64,000 nucleotides of DNA. Source: Fidelibacterota bacterium. GTDB lineage: Bacteria > Fidelibacterota > Marinisomatia > Marinisomatales > JABMOV01. Below the pieces are notes generated by a model that saw nothing but the letters and a program-made list of their open reading frames with translations, was not told the origin of the DNA and did no database searches. Numbering within the stretch: the stretch's first letter is position 1; each line of letters starts with the position of its first letter. The stretch is from NCBI GenBank assembly GCA_046861395.1, contig JBHHUC010000004.1, forward strand, positions 1,985 through 65,984, written 5' to 3'. The position numbers were made by a program, and so were the translations under genes. Shown piece by piece: positions 8,001 through 16,396 of the stretch.

Positions 8001-8465
8001 TTACTGTTCCCGGAGTTTCATTTCGAATAATTCCTTTAAATGTCCCACCTGCCCGGCAGCGCGATACACATTACAGTCGCGACAATCATCCTGCTGACAT
8101 TTATCCGAGGCAACATTCAATTGCCAGCAAGCCTGGTCATTGGAATGGTAGGCCTGACAATTCCGGCGTTCTTCCGGAGCACAGGGTTTTAGGTTCCAGC
8201 AAGGAATCAGGGCCAGTAGACGACGAATACCGGCAATATTCAATTTATGGATATTGATTTGTCGTCGGATACACATGATCCAGTCCAAATCAGAATGGGA
8301 ATACAAACGCCGCCCAGTGGCCGTCTTATGTGGCAATAATAATCCTTCCCGCTCATAAAGGCGTAATGTTTCGGGTGAAACACCAATTTTAACGGCGGCA
8401 ACGCCAATTGTGAAAACTGGTTCTGAGGCTTCAAAAGAGACGGATTGAAAGTCTGGTTGATCCAT
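8001..8465 (-). CDS. MerR-family transcriptional regulator with a Cys-rich C-terminal region
   Basis: The N-terminal HTH FTIGVAAVKIGVSPETLRLYEREGLLLPHKTATGRRLYSHSDL is typical of MerR. The C-terminus holds 7 Cys within about 45 aa (CWNLKPCAPEERRNCQAYHSNDQACWQLNVASDKCQQDDCRDC). Confidence 0.85.
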   Translation of the reverse strand: MDQPDFQSVSFEASEPVFTIGVAAVKIGVSPETLRLYEREGLLLPHKTATGRRLYSHSDLDWIMCIRRQINIHKLNIAGIRRLLALIPCWNLKPCAPEERRNCQAYHSNDQACWQLNVASDKCQQDDCRDCNVYRAAGQVGHLKELFEMKLREQ

Positions 8466-8475
8466 TTGGGATATC

Positions 8476-8493
8476 CTGTATTATCCGATACAG
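8476..8493. promoter_or_regulatory. perfect 6-6-6 palindrome CTGTAT-TATCCG-ATACAG, 11 nt upstream of the merR-like start codon (candidate operator)
   Basis: Read directly from the sequence in the divergent intergenic region 8466-8615. No binding data. Confidence 0.3.
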
Positions 8494-8570
8494 TAAAATT
8501 ACCAAATTTCATAATTATATACAATGATTATAAGATGTTAATATCTTCTTTAATTAATGCCGTTGAAGCC

Positions 8571-8579
8571 TGGTAGAAT
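8571..8579 (+). promoter_or_regulatory. candidate extended -10 promoter element TGGTAGAAT for the plus-strand gene at 8616
   Basis: TGnTAnAAT-type match 37 nt upstream of the TTG start at 8616, in AT-rich divergent intergenic DNA. The -35 is weak (TTAATT). Motif match only. Confidence 0.25.
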
Positions 8580-8615
8580 TTATTAATTTTCTTCATCACA
8601 CTGGATGGTACAACA

Positions 8616-10079
8616 TTGATCCCACACGATATTATTGCCGGAATTCTTTTTGTCAGCGGTATTGTTTCCGTATTAATAGTGAGCGAAATACTGCACCGAA
8701 AATTCGCTGTTACGGCTGATACTACCCGCAAACTGGTCCACATTACGGTAGGCCTGATGGCGGCTTCATCCCCCTGGATATTTATCAACCCACCGGTTCC
8801 CCTTCTCGTCGGCAGCATGTTTATCATCGGGAATTACTGGTTGTTAAAACGTGATAGAATTGTCAGTATTCACCGCCATGACAGACAAAATTACGGAACA
8901 GTATTTTTCCCGCTGGCGTTTGTGATTTTAATTGGGCTCTACTGGTATAAACACCACATCTATATATCAGGATTACTCATGATGTCCATCAGCGACCCCA
9001 TGGCCGGTTCTTTAGGAAAACGGATAAAACATCCACTGTCTTATACAATCTGGGGAGAACAGAAAACGGTGGAAGGTTCGGTTGTCATGTTTCTTTCCGC
9101 CTTCCTCATCACTGCGGCCGTACTGTTTTATACCAGTCAGACTCAGCAACTCCTCTATCCCCTCCATTCGGGGGTGATTTTCGGTCTTGCAGGACTGGTG
9201 GCCCTGATGGCAACGATGGCGGAAGCCACCAGTCGAAACGGTTCCGATAATCTTTCCGTTCCTCTGCTCTCCGCTATGATGCTGGACCTGTTGATCATTC
9301 AATGGAACCATGGCTACTTCTACCCGCTTCTGATCTGGATTTTTCTTTCGGCAATCGTATTTTATATCATTATGCGATCCGGCTGGCTGAGTCCCGACGG
9401 TACGGTCGGTGCCTGGATCATGGGTGTATTCATTGTCGGAAGTCAGAGCTGGGTATGGATCATCTACCTTTTCTCCTTCCTCATCAGCGGAACACTGTTG
9501 AGTCGGCAACACGGCAGAGAGAATAATCATTTTCAATCCAGTGAATCACGATCCATCGTCCAGGTATATGCCAATGGGGCTCTCCCGTTGATCATTGCTC
9601 TTTCCGCTTTTTATCTACAATCGGAAAAGGGAATATTCCTCTATCTGGCGGCCATTGCAGCCGCCACGGCCGATACCTGGGCTACAGAACTGGGTTTACG
9701 GAGTAAACGACCACCACGCAACCTGATCACCCTAAAACCGGTATTACCGGGACAATCCGGCGGAGTAACGGTACAGGGATTATTAGGCTCTTTATTAGGT
9801 GCGATCTTTATTGCTGCCCTCTCCCTAATCATCACCCGCGATCCGAGGATACTTGGCATCATTGTTATTGCCGGTTTTACCGGTGCTCTCTTTGATTCTG
9901 CTCTGGGTGCCACGATCCAGGCCCAATACCGCTGTTCCCGCTGTTCACAACCAACCGAACATTCTTCGCATTGCGGAATTGGGGCCGAGAAGGTGTCCGG
10001 TTGGTCATGGATCGGGAATAATACCGTCAATTTCATTAACACCGTCACCGGAGCGTTGGTGCTCTATTTCCTGTTATGA
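8616..10079 (+). CDS. fusion membrane protein: N-terminal phytol/dolichol-kinase-like (VTE5/CTP-transferase-1 family) domain + C-terminal DUF92 (TMEM19/VTE6-like) domain
   Basis: 487 aa with a TTG start. N-terminal half: RKLVHITVG, SDPMAGSLGKRIKHPL, KTVEGSVVMF, EATSRNGSDNLSVPL (polyprenol kinase motifs). C-terminal half: QVYANGALP, ATADTWATELG, LPGQSGGVTVQG, FDSALGATIQ (DUF92 motifs). Confidence 0.75.
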   Translation: MIPHDIIAGILFVSGIVSVLIVSEILHRKFAVTADTTRKLVHITVGLMAASSPWIFINPPVPLLVGSMFIIGNYWLLKRDRIVSIHRHDRQNYGTVFFPLAFVILIGLYWYKHHIYISGLLMMSISDPMAGSLGKRIKHPLSYTIWGEQKTVEGSVVMFLSAFLITAAVLFYTSQTQQLLYPLHSGVIFGLAGLVALMATMAEATSRNGSDNLSVPLLSAMMLDLLIIQWNHGYFYPLLIWIFLSAIVFYIIMRSGWLSPDGTVGAWIMGVFIVGSQSWVWIIYLFSFLISGTLLSRQHGRENNHFQSSESRSIVQVYANGALPLIIALSAFYLQSEKGIFLYLAAIAAATADTWATELGLRSKRPPRNLITLKPVLPGQSGGVTVQGLLGSLLGAIFIAALSLIITRDPRILGIIVIAGFTGALFDSALGATIQAQYRCSRCSQPTEHSSHCGIGAEKVSGWSWIGNNTVNFINTVTGALVLYFLL

Positions 10080-10534
10080 TGAAACAGGATATTTACCGGT
10101 CGTTGCTCGTGGAATTAGAGGCCTTCCTCGGCCCGAACGGATATTCCTTATCGGATATCGGTAAAATGGCCACCATCTCTTCCTGTCTTTATCGCTCGTT
10201 TCCTGAATGGATCTTTGCCGGATTTTACCGTGTTGTTGCACCGGAATTACTTGAAATCGGCCCCTGTCAGGGACCGGTCATAGCCTGCGGAACCATTCGA
10301 TTCGGTCACGGCGTATGTGGAAAAAGTGCCGCCCGGGGTGAAACCATCATCGTCCCGGATGTAAGGGAATACCCCGGATACATTGCCTGTGATGATAAAA
10401 CAATATCGGAAATCGTCATCCCAATAAAGAAGGCCAAGACGGTGTTAGCCGTTCTGGATATTGATTCACCGGAAAAAGGATATTTTGATTCCACCGACCA
10501 GCACTTCCTGGAACGAATTGTACAATTAATATGA
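10076..10534 (+). CDS. msrC: GAF-domain free methionine-(R)-sulfoxide reductase (YebR/MsrC-like)
   Basis: 152 aa, collinear with E. coli YebR as I recall it: WIFAGFYRV....LEIGPCQGPVIACGTIRFGHGVCGKSA...YIACDDKTISEIVIPI...AVLDIDS. ATGA overlap with the upstream gene. Confidence 0.8.
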   Translation: MMKQDIYRSLLVELEAFLGPNGYSLSDIGKMATISSCLYRSFPEWIFAGFYRVVAPELLEIGPCQGPVIACGTIRFGHGVCGKSAARGETIIVPDVREYPGYIACDDKTISEIVIPIKKAKTVLAVLDIDSPEKGYFDSTDQHFLERIVQLI

Positions 10535-12111
10535 AATTCCCTTCCAGCCTCGGACTGTTTACCGGTCTGTTAGCTTATACCGAAATTCATTACCGATTTC
10601 CCTGGTTTCCTATTTCGCGCTATTATCAGCGGGAACCGGAAATAATCGTTGATGTCCCTTACCGGGTGGACCCCGGCAAACCAATACCTATTTTTCTCCT
10701 GATAAAAGATGCCCACATCTTCCCCATTGCGCTGGAAACGTTTCAGATCATGATTGAATGCCCTTCCGGCAGAATCGAAACAATTGAAAAAAGGTACAAT
10801 GAGGTAATTTCCACACGATGGTATTGGGGCGCGACAGAATTCCAGCCCAGCGAAAGCGGAGTCCATCGCATTACCGGCACCGTGTCATTTCGTCGGGGAA
10901 ACACCACCCGGACCGTTGTCAACCATAATGTAAAAACCAGCCCTGGCACCGCCCTGTCCACCTGGGTCGACGATTCACCTTTACCCGGCTCCGCCGTATT
11001 TTGTTGGGGCGACCTGCATTATCACAGTTCCTATACGGAAGATTATGTGGAGTTTGGGGCTCCCCTGCCCATGACGGTAAAAGCTGCAGCCGCCTGCGGT
11101 CTGGATTTCCTGGCTGTCACTGATCATTCCTACGACCTGGATGATAAACCGGGTTCCTGGTCGGAAACGGATCCGGACTTGAGGAAGTGGAAACGATCCA
11201 GATTCGAAATCCAGTCGCTCAATGAATCGGGTTCTTTCCGTCTGATTCCAGCGGAAGAAGTCACGGTCCGGAATGGCCGGGGAAAAAATATCCATTTTCT
11301 GATTTATAGGTATGCGGATTTTATTCCTGGAAGCGGTGACGGCGCCGAAGATTGGTTCAAGACCAGAAGTGAATATGATATAGCCGATATCATAGCCAAA
11401 ACCGGGGACTCGATCCTGAAAATCGCCGCCCATCCCCGGGTTTCAGTATCCTGGCTGGAAAAATTACTCATTAATCGCGGATACTGGGAAGATGCCGATC
11501 TGAATCACGATGGATTGGACGGATTGCAGATCTTAAACGGATCCATTGACCGGCACTTCGAATCGGGATTGTCCTGTTGGCGCAGACAATTATTGAACGG
11601 GAAAAAACGATTTATCTACGCCGGTAACGATGCGCACGGCAATTTCAACCTATTTCATCAAATCAGAATTCCCATGCTGACAACCGCAATGCACCGAGAA
11701 CAAATCCTGGGACAATGCCGAAATGGCGTTCCCAGAGAATCATCACACTCGCTCACTGAATTATTGATCCATCTAAAGCAGGGGCGCTCCATCATTACCA
11801 ACGGGCCTGCACTGCAATTGACTGTGAATGAGCGCTATTTTACGGGGGAATCGATTGTAACGGATAAGGCAGATGTTGCGCTTTGGGGCGAATCCTCTCC
11901 CCTATTTGGCAATATTGCACACGTCCGGTTATTCAGGGGTGACCTGAATCGACAGGAAGAAAAAATGATAAAGGAATGGGGAACGGATGCCCTACAGATG
12001 AAAGCTGGAATTATTATAGATATCAACGGCCCGATATACCTGCGAGCCGAAATATGGACGGTGAATGGTCAGGCGGGGTTTACAAACCCGCTCTGGATAT
12101 CCCAAAAATAA
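10531..12111 (+). CDS. PHP-domain metallohydrolase (CehA/McbA-like) with an uncharacterised ~150-aa N-terminal domain
   Basis: 526 aa with PHP metal-ligand motifs GDLHYHSSYT, AVTDHSYD, AAHP, AGNDAHGN. ATGA overlap with msrC. Confidence 0.65.
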   Translation: MKFPSSLGLFTGLLAYTEIHYRFPWFPISRYYQREPEIIVDVPYRVDPGKPIPIFLLIKDAHIFPIALETFQIMIECPSGRIETIEKRYNEVISTRWYWGATEFQPSESGVHRITGTVSFRRGNTTRTVVNHNVKTSPGTALSTWVDDSPLPGSAVFCWGDLHYHSSYTEDYVEFGAPLPMTVKAAAACGLDFLAVTDHSYDLDDKPGSWSETDPDLRKWKRSRFEIQSLNESGSFRLIPAEEVTVRNGRGKNIHFLIYRYADFIPGSGDGAEDWFKTRSEYDIADIIAKTGDSILKIAAHPRVSVSWLEKLLINRGYWEDADLNHDGLDGLQILNGSIDRHFESGLSCWRRQLLNGKKRFIYAGNDAHGNFNLFHQIRIPMLTTAMHREQILGQCRNGVPRESSHSLTELLIHLKQGRSIITNGPALQLTVNERYFTGESIVTDKADVALWGESSPLFGNIAHVRLFRGDLNRQEEKMIKEWGTDALQMKAGIIIDINGPIYLRAEIWTVNGQAGFTNPLWISQK

Positions 12112-12140
12112 AAAAGTCCGCCGATCGCGGACTTTTTTAT
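12110..12140. terminator. bidirectional rho-independent terminator between convergent genes
   Basis: AAAAAA-GTCCGC-cgatc-GCGGAC-TTTTTT. Stem at 12116-12121 / 12127-12132, 5-nt loop, with an A-run on one side and a T-run on the other. It starts at the stop codon of the PHP gene. Confidence 0.8.
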
Positions 12141-12153
12141 TAAGGCACAGGAA

Positions 12154-12390
12154 TTATATTACTTTACTGACTAGAATGCCCACCATGACGATCAATGAAA
12201 TAAAAATCAGGGCAACTCCCATATTACCTTTCTTGATTTCTTCCCATTCGTCAATATCGGTAGACAGCCAATCAAATACTTTCAAGGCGACGCCCACACC
12301 GAAGGCAAACCCTACTGCCGCAATAATAGACCAGCCGAGTGCTCTGGCATATTCTATCATTAATCCCGAAAATGAATTAGGATCAAACAT
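12154..12390 (-). CDS. DUF350 small membrane protein
   Basis: 78 aa with two hydrophobic helices and the central DWLSTDIDEWEEIKKGNMGVAL motif typical of DUF350. AGGAGG lies upstream. Confidence 0.7.
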   Translation of the reverse strand: MFDPNSFSGLMIEYARALGWSIIAAVGFAFGVGVALKVFDWLSTDIDEWEEIKKGNMGVALIFISLIVMVGILVSKVI

Positions 12391-12402
12391 CTTTCCTCCT
12401 GT

Positions 12403-12843
12403 TTATAAGGTTGTAATTGAATCTTTTATTAAGCGGATAAATTCTGATGATTTCAGCGTCCCTTCCGCCAGCCGCTGAACATTGCTGGCCGAAGCCCTGG
12501 CTGTGATAACCGTCCCTTTTCGTCCCAGGGGGACATGAACCACGACTTGAATGGTTTGGGGAAGTATGGGGGTATATCTCTGTTTCATTTTTGCCAAATA
12601 TTGTTGATGGATGAGTGCCTGTCCCGCCGCGGCAAAACCTACCAGCATCGTCATTTCAAAATCATTCCGTTTACTTTCCAGTTCCAGGGAAAAATTTGAT
12701 GCTGTTAATTCCATCCCGCTATTAACAATATCAACGCGGTAAGTTTCACAGGTTTTGCGCACTTTATTGTAAAAAGCGTAATTCCCAAACACCGGTTGCA
12801 AAAACAGTAAAAGAATTACTGAAAGACTAATTCTATTTTTCAT
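12403..12843 (-). CDS. hypothetical secreted protein
   Basis: The ORF track starts at TTG 12855. ATG 12843 gives MKNRISLSVILLLFLQPVFG, a signal peptide. No recognisable family. Confidence 0.5.
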   Translation of the reverse strand: MKNRISLSVILLLFLQPVFGNYAFYNKVRKTCETYRVDIVNSGMELTASNFSLELESKRNDFEMTMLVGFAAAGQALIHQQYLAKMKQRYTPILPQTIQVVVHVPLGRKGTVITARASASNVQRLAEGTLKSSEFIRLIKDSITTL

Positions 12844-12927
12844 AGGGTTGATCAATCGTTATTATAAAAATAGTAAGAAGAAGTTTATTATCAAAATTCC
12901 AATTCGGCAAGAAGAAGAACGGAATAA

Positions 12928-14130
12928 TTACACTATTTCTCCCCGCTTCAAAACAGTGCGGATCGGCATGTCCGATACGGTATAAGGGATTTGAACCAAT
13001 TCCTCCAGGTCCCAGATTATCAAGTCGGCCACATATCCCGGCGCGATGGCACCAATTTCATGTTCCCGATCCAGGGTTTTAGCGGCGGTAAATGTAGCTG
13101 CTTTCAACGCCAGCTGAACGGGAAGATGCAGATAGATGCAAGCCAGCGTGATAATGAAGGGCATGGATTGAATATGGCAACTACCCGGGTTGTAATCCGT
13201 TGCCAGCGCAATATCCATTCCGGCCCTCACCATGTCCCGAGCAGGAGCATAATCGGTTGAACCCAAAAAGAATGTTGTTCCCGGCAACAATGTGCCAATG
13301 ACCTGATTTCGGACCATATCCATAATGCCGGTCCGGCTGACAGCCATCAGATGATCAGCAGTGACGCAACCACACTCACCTGCCAGGGAAGCGGCGCCGG
13401 AATCCTTGAATTCATCGGCATGCATCCGTAAGCCGAGACCGAATTCCCGGCCCCGTTTCAGGATTTTCCGGCTATCAGCTACAGTGAAATAACCCTGCTC
13501 ACAGAAAACGTCAATATATTCTGCAATCCCCTGGCGGGCCACGGCCGGGATCATTTCATCACAGAGATACCCAACATATCCATCCTTATCCCCGGCATAC
13601 TCCGGTGGAATTGCGTGAGCCCCCATAAAGGTTGGATGAATATCGATGGAATGCGTTTGGTTGACGGCATCCAGTACAGCCAAACTTTTCAGCTCCGAAT
13701 CCAAATCCAACCCATAGCCGCTCTTGGCTTCCACCGTCGTAGTTCCAAGTGATAGGAACCGATCCATCCGTTTCCGGACCACATCGATCAATTCTTCCCT
13801 GGAGGCAGACCGCACACCGTCAATACTGGATTGGATCCCCCCACCAGTGGCGGCAATTTCCTGGTAGGATTTCCCGGCCAGGCGATCCATGAATTCCTGT
13901 TCCCGGCCCCGGAAAAATACAGGATGAGTGTGGGGATCGACAAAACCGGGAGTAACCAATTTTCCGTGGCAGTCCAGAACTTGGTCCCCGCTTGCGGTTC
14001 CCGGTTGGATCGAATGAATTCGCCCGTCTTTGAGATAAAGTGATACCTTGGAATAGGTCCGTACTTCACCGGTCTTCGGATCAGTGGTAACCAATTTACC
14101 GATATGGGAAAGGGCCGAAATATCAGTCAT
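12928..14130 (-). CDS. hutI: imidazolonepropionase
   Basis: 400 aa amidohydrolase with [20 protein letters not shown] and DYNPGS motifs. Immediately downstream of hutU with an 8-nt overlap. Confidence 0.92.
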   Translation of the reverse strand: MTDISALSHIGKLVTTDPKTGEVRTYSKVSLYLKDGRIHSIQPGTASGDQVLDCHGKLVTPGFVDPHTHPVFFRGREQEFMDRLAGKSYQEIAATGGGIQSSIDGVRSASREELIDVVRKRMDRFLSLGTTTVEAKSGYGLDLDSELKSLAVLDAVNQTHSIDIHPTFMGAHAIPPEYAGDKDGYVGYLCDEMIPAVARQGIAEYIDVFCEQGYFTVADSRKILKRGREFGLGLRMHADEFKDSGAASLAGECGCVTADHLMAVSRTGIMDMVRNQVIGTLLPGTTFFLGSTDYAPARDMVRAGMDIALATDYNPGSCHIQSMPFIITLACIYLHLPVQLALKAATFTAAKTLDREHEIGAIAPGYVADLIIWDLEELVQIPYTVSDMPIRTVLKRGEIV

Positions 14131-15775
14131 CGAGCATCGGAATTTTCAAGCCCCACTCGCGGGCATTATTTATCGCTCTTTCATAACCCGCATCGGCGTG
14201 ACGCAAAATCCCCATGCCTGGGTCGTTAGTCAGAACGCGGTCCAGTCGTACACTCATTTCCGGTGTTCCGTCTGCTATAATCACTTGTCCGGCATGAATG
14301 GCTAACCCCATACCTACCCCACCACCATGATGAAGAGAAACCCAGGTCGCACCGCTGGTCGTATTTACCAGGGCATTCAGCAAGGGCCAGTCTGCCACGG
14401 CATCGCTACCGTCCTTCATGGCTTCCGTTTCACGATAGGGCGATGCCACCGATCCGGTGTCCAGATGATCACGGCCGATGACAATGGGTGCTTTTAATTC
14501 TCCCGAAGCCACCATTTCGTTCAATGCCAGACCAAAACGGGCACGCTGAGTATATCCCAGCCAGCAGATGCGGGATGGTAATCCCTGAAATTTCACTTTT
14601 TCCCGGGCCATCGTAATCCAGCGTACCAGTGTTTTATCCTCGGGGAATAATTCCAAAACTTTTTTGTCCGTTTTATAAATATCGTCCGGGTCTCCAGATA
14701 ATGCCACCCAGCGGAAAGGTCCTCGACCGTCACAAAACAGGCCGCGGACGTAGGCCGGTACAAATCCGGGATAGGTGAAGGCGTCTGTTACACCGGCTTT
14801 TTTCGCCTGTCCTCTGAGATTATTCCCATAATCGAAACAAATGGCTCCCATTTCCTTCAGCTTAAGAATGCCGCGTACATGTTCGGCCATGGCGCGAAAA
14901 CTTTCCCGGGTATAGTCACCGGGATTGGATTTCCTCAAAGCCAGAGCCTGATCATATCGCATTCCATTGGGAATATATCCATCCAATTCATCATGAGCCG
15001 AAGTTTGATCGGTTACCAGATCGGGTACGATGCCCATTTTGGCCACTTGGGGAATAATATCCGCCGCATTACCCAGCAGACCAATGGACAATGGTTCACC
15101 GGCCAGGACTTTGTCCCGGGCCAATGTGAGTGCTTCATCAAGCGATTCGGTTGCCATATCGAGATATTTTGTTTCCAGGCGGCGTTGAATCCGATGCGGA
15201 TCAACTTCCACGACAATACAAACACCCTGGTTCATCGTAACAGCCAGTGGTTGGGCACCACCCATGCCGCCTAATCCGGCGGTGAGGACAAATTTTCCGC
15301 GCAAATCAGCCGAGAAATGCTGCTGGGCGGCTTCGGCAAATGTTTCATACGTACCCTGAAGAATTCCCTGAGTCCCGATGTATATCCAGCTACCGGCCGT
15401 CATTTGACCATACATCATGAGACCCTTTTTATCCAGTTCATTAAAATGGTCCCACGTCGCCCACTGCGGCACAAGGTTGGAGTTGGCAATCAATACTCGT
15501 GGAGACGAAGGATGAGTCTTTAAAATGCCAACCGGTTTCCCACTTTGGACTAACAATGTTTCATCATTCTCCAGAGTGGTCAGGGAACGGAGAATGGCAT
15601 CATAGGCTTCCCACGACCGGGCAGCCTTCCCTTTCCCGCCATATACAACCAATTCATCAGGATTCTCGGCTACATCCGGATCGAGGTTATTTTGAATCAT
15701 ACGGTAAGCCGCTTCCTGCGGCCATCCCTTGCAATGTAATGTTTGGCCTGTCGGCGCATGGATAATTCTTGCCAT
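14123..15775 (-). CDS. hutU: urocanate hydratase
   Basis: Highly conserved HutU sequence (RAPTG-type start [45 protein letters not shown]). The ORF track begins 27 codons earlier (15856); ATG 15775 fits family N-termini. Confidence 0.95.
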   Translation of the reverse strand: MARIIHAPTGQTLHCKGWPQEAAYRMIQNNLDPDVAENPDELVVYGGKGKAARSWEAYDAILRSLTTLENDETLLVQSGKPVGILKTHPSSPRVLIANSNLVPQWATWDHFNELDKKGLMMYGQMTAGSWIYIGTQGILQGTYETFAEAAQQHFSADLRGKFVLTAGLGGMGGAQPLAVTMNQGVCIVVEVDPHRIQRRLETKYLDMATESLDEALTLARDKVLAGEPLSIGLLGNAADIIPQVAKMGIVPDLVTDQTSAHDELDGYIPNGMRYDQALALRKSNPGDYTRESFRAMAEHVRGILKLKEMGAICFDYGNNLRGQAKKAGVTDAFTYPGFVPAYVRGLFCDGRGPFRWVALSGDPDDIYKTDKKVLELFPEDKTLVRWITMAREKVKFQGLPSRICWLGYTQRARFGLALNEMVASGELKAPIVIGRDHLDTGSVASPYRETEAMKDGSDAVADWPLLNALVNTTSGATWVSLHHGGGVGMGLAIHAGQVIIADGTPEMSVRLDRVLTNDPGMGILRHADAGYERAINNAREWGLKIPMLDD

Positions 15776-15900
15776 GATATCCTCTTGATAAGGGTTAATC
15801 CAACGGTAGAAAATACAACATTTGCTTCCGGCAGGACGACCATCTTTCCCTTCCAATTTGCTCTGACTGTTCTTATTATCCGGTGGAAAGGGAGAGTGAT

Positions 15901-16395
15901 ATGAAATTATTGCATTGCATTTTGCTATTCATTGTCCTTGCCATGGGACAGGATCAAGATAGCAGCGCTTCGGTCATGGATGAGGAAAAGATCTTGGGTA
16001 TGTGCACCATCAGCGATATTACCTCAGGTTATCACGGGAAATGGTACAACAAGGAATTCGCTGAATATGAGGTGGATACCTTCGCCTTACGGCCCGTACA
16101 GGAAATTTTAGGCGAAATTCAGATCGTCCTGGTATTCGGAACCTGGTGCAGCGACAGCCGACGGGAAGTACCCCGGTTTCTGAAAATCCTGGATAGCCTG
16201 GAATACCCCAAGAATTCACTCACCCTTGTCGCCGTGGATCGGGATAAAATCATGGATCCGGAGAGTGGTTATCATTTCACCATTGACCGCGTACCCACAA
16301 TAATTTTCCTGATGCAGGGGATTGAACTGGGACGCATCGTCGAGACGCCTGACGAATCTCTGGAAGCCGATATGGCTGCGATTCTGGGTTATTAG
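15901..16395 (+). CDS. secreted thioredoxin-fold protein (TlpA-like) with a monothiol WCSDS motif
   Basis: Signal peptide [32 protein letters not shown] sits where thioredoxins carry WCxxC. A VPT cis-Pro-like motif follows (RVPTIIF). ATG 15901 is preferred over GTG 15883. Confidence 0.7.
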   Translation: MKLLHCILLFIVLAMGQDQDSSASVMDEEKILGMCTISDITSGYHGKWYNKEFAEYEVDTFALRPVQEILGEIQIVLVFGTWCSDSRREVPRFLKILDSLEYPKNSLTLVAVDRDKIMDPESGYHFTIDRVPTIIFLMQGIELGRIVETPDESLEADMAAILGY

Positions 16396-16396
16396 T

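Noticed and set aside
8528-8827. 99-aa minus-strand ORF spanning the divergent promoter region and the start of the kinase-fusion gene.
   Set aside because: It overlaps a well-supported membrane-protein gene on the other strand and AT-rich promoter DNA. No supporting features.
12856-12927. Direct CTTCTTCTT-type repeats in the gap after hutI, considered as a possible terminator or repeat element.
   Set aside because: No inverted repeat or T-tract. It is short, low-complexity, purine/pyrimidine-biased spacer only.
15776-15856. 27-codon N-terminal extension of the hutU ORF ([27 protein letters not shown]).
   Set aside because: HutU family proteins begin near [10 protein letters not shown]-type sequence. 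The extension is probably just an open upstream frame, so the start was set at ATG 15775.
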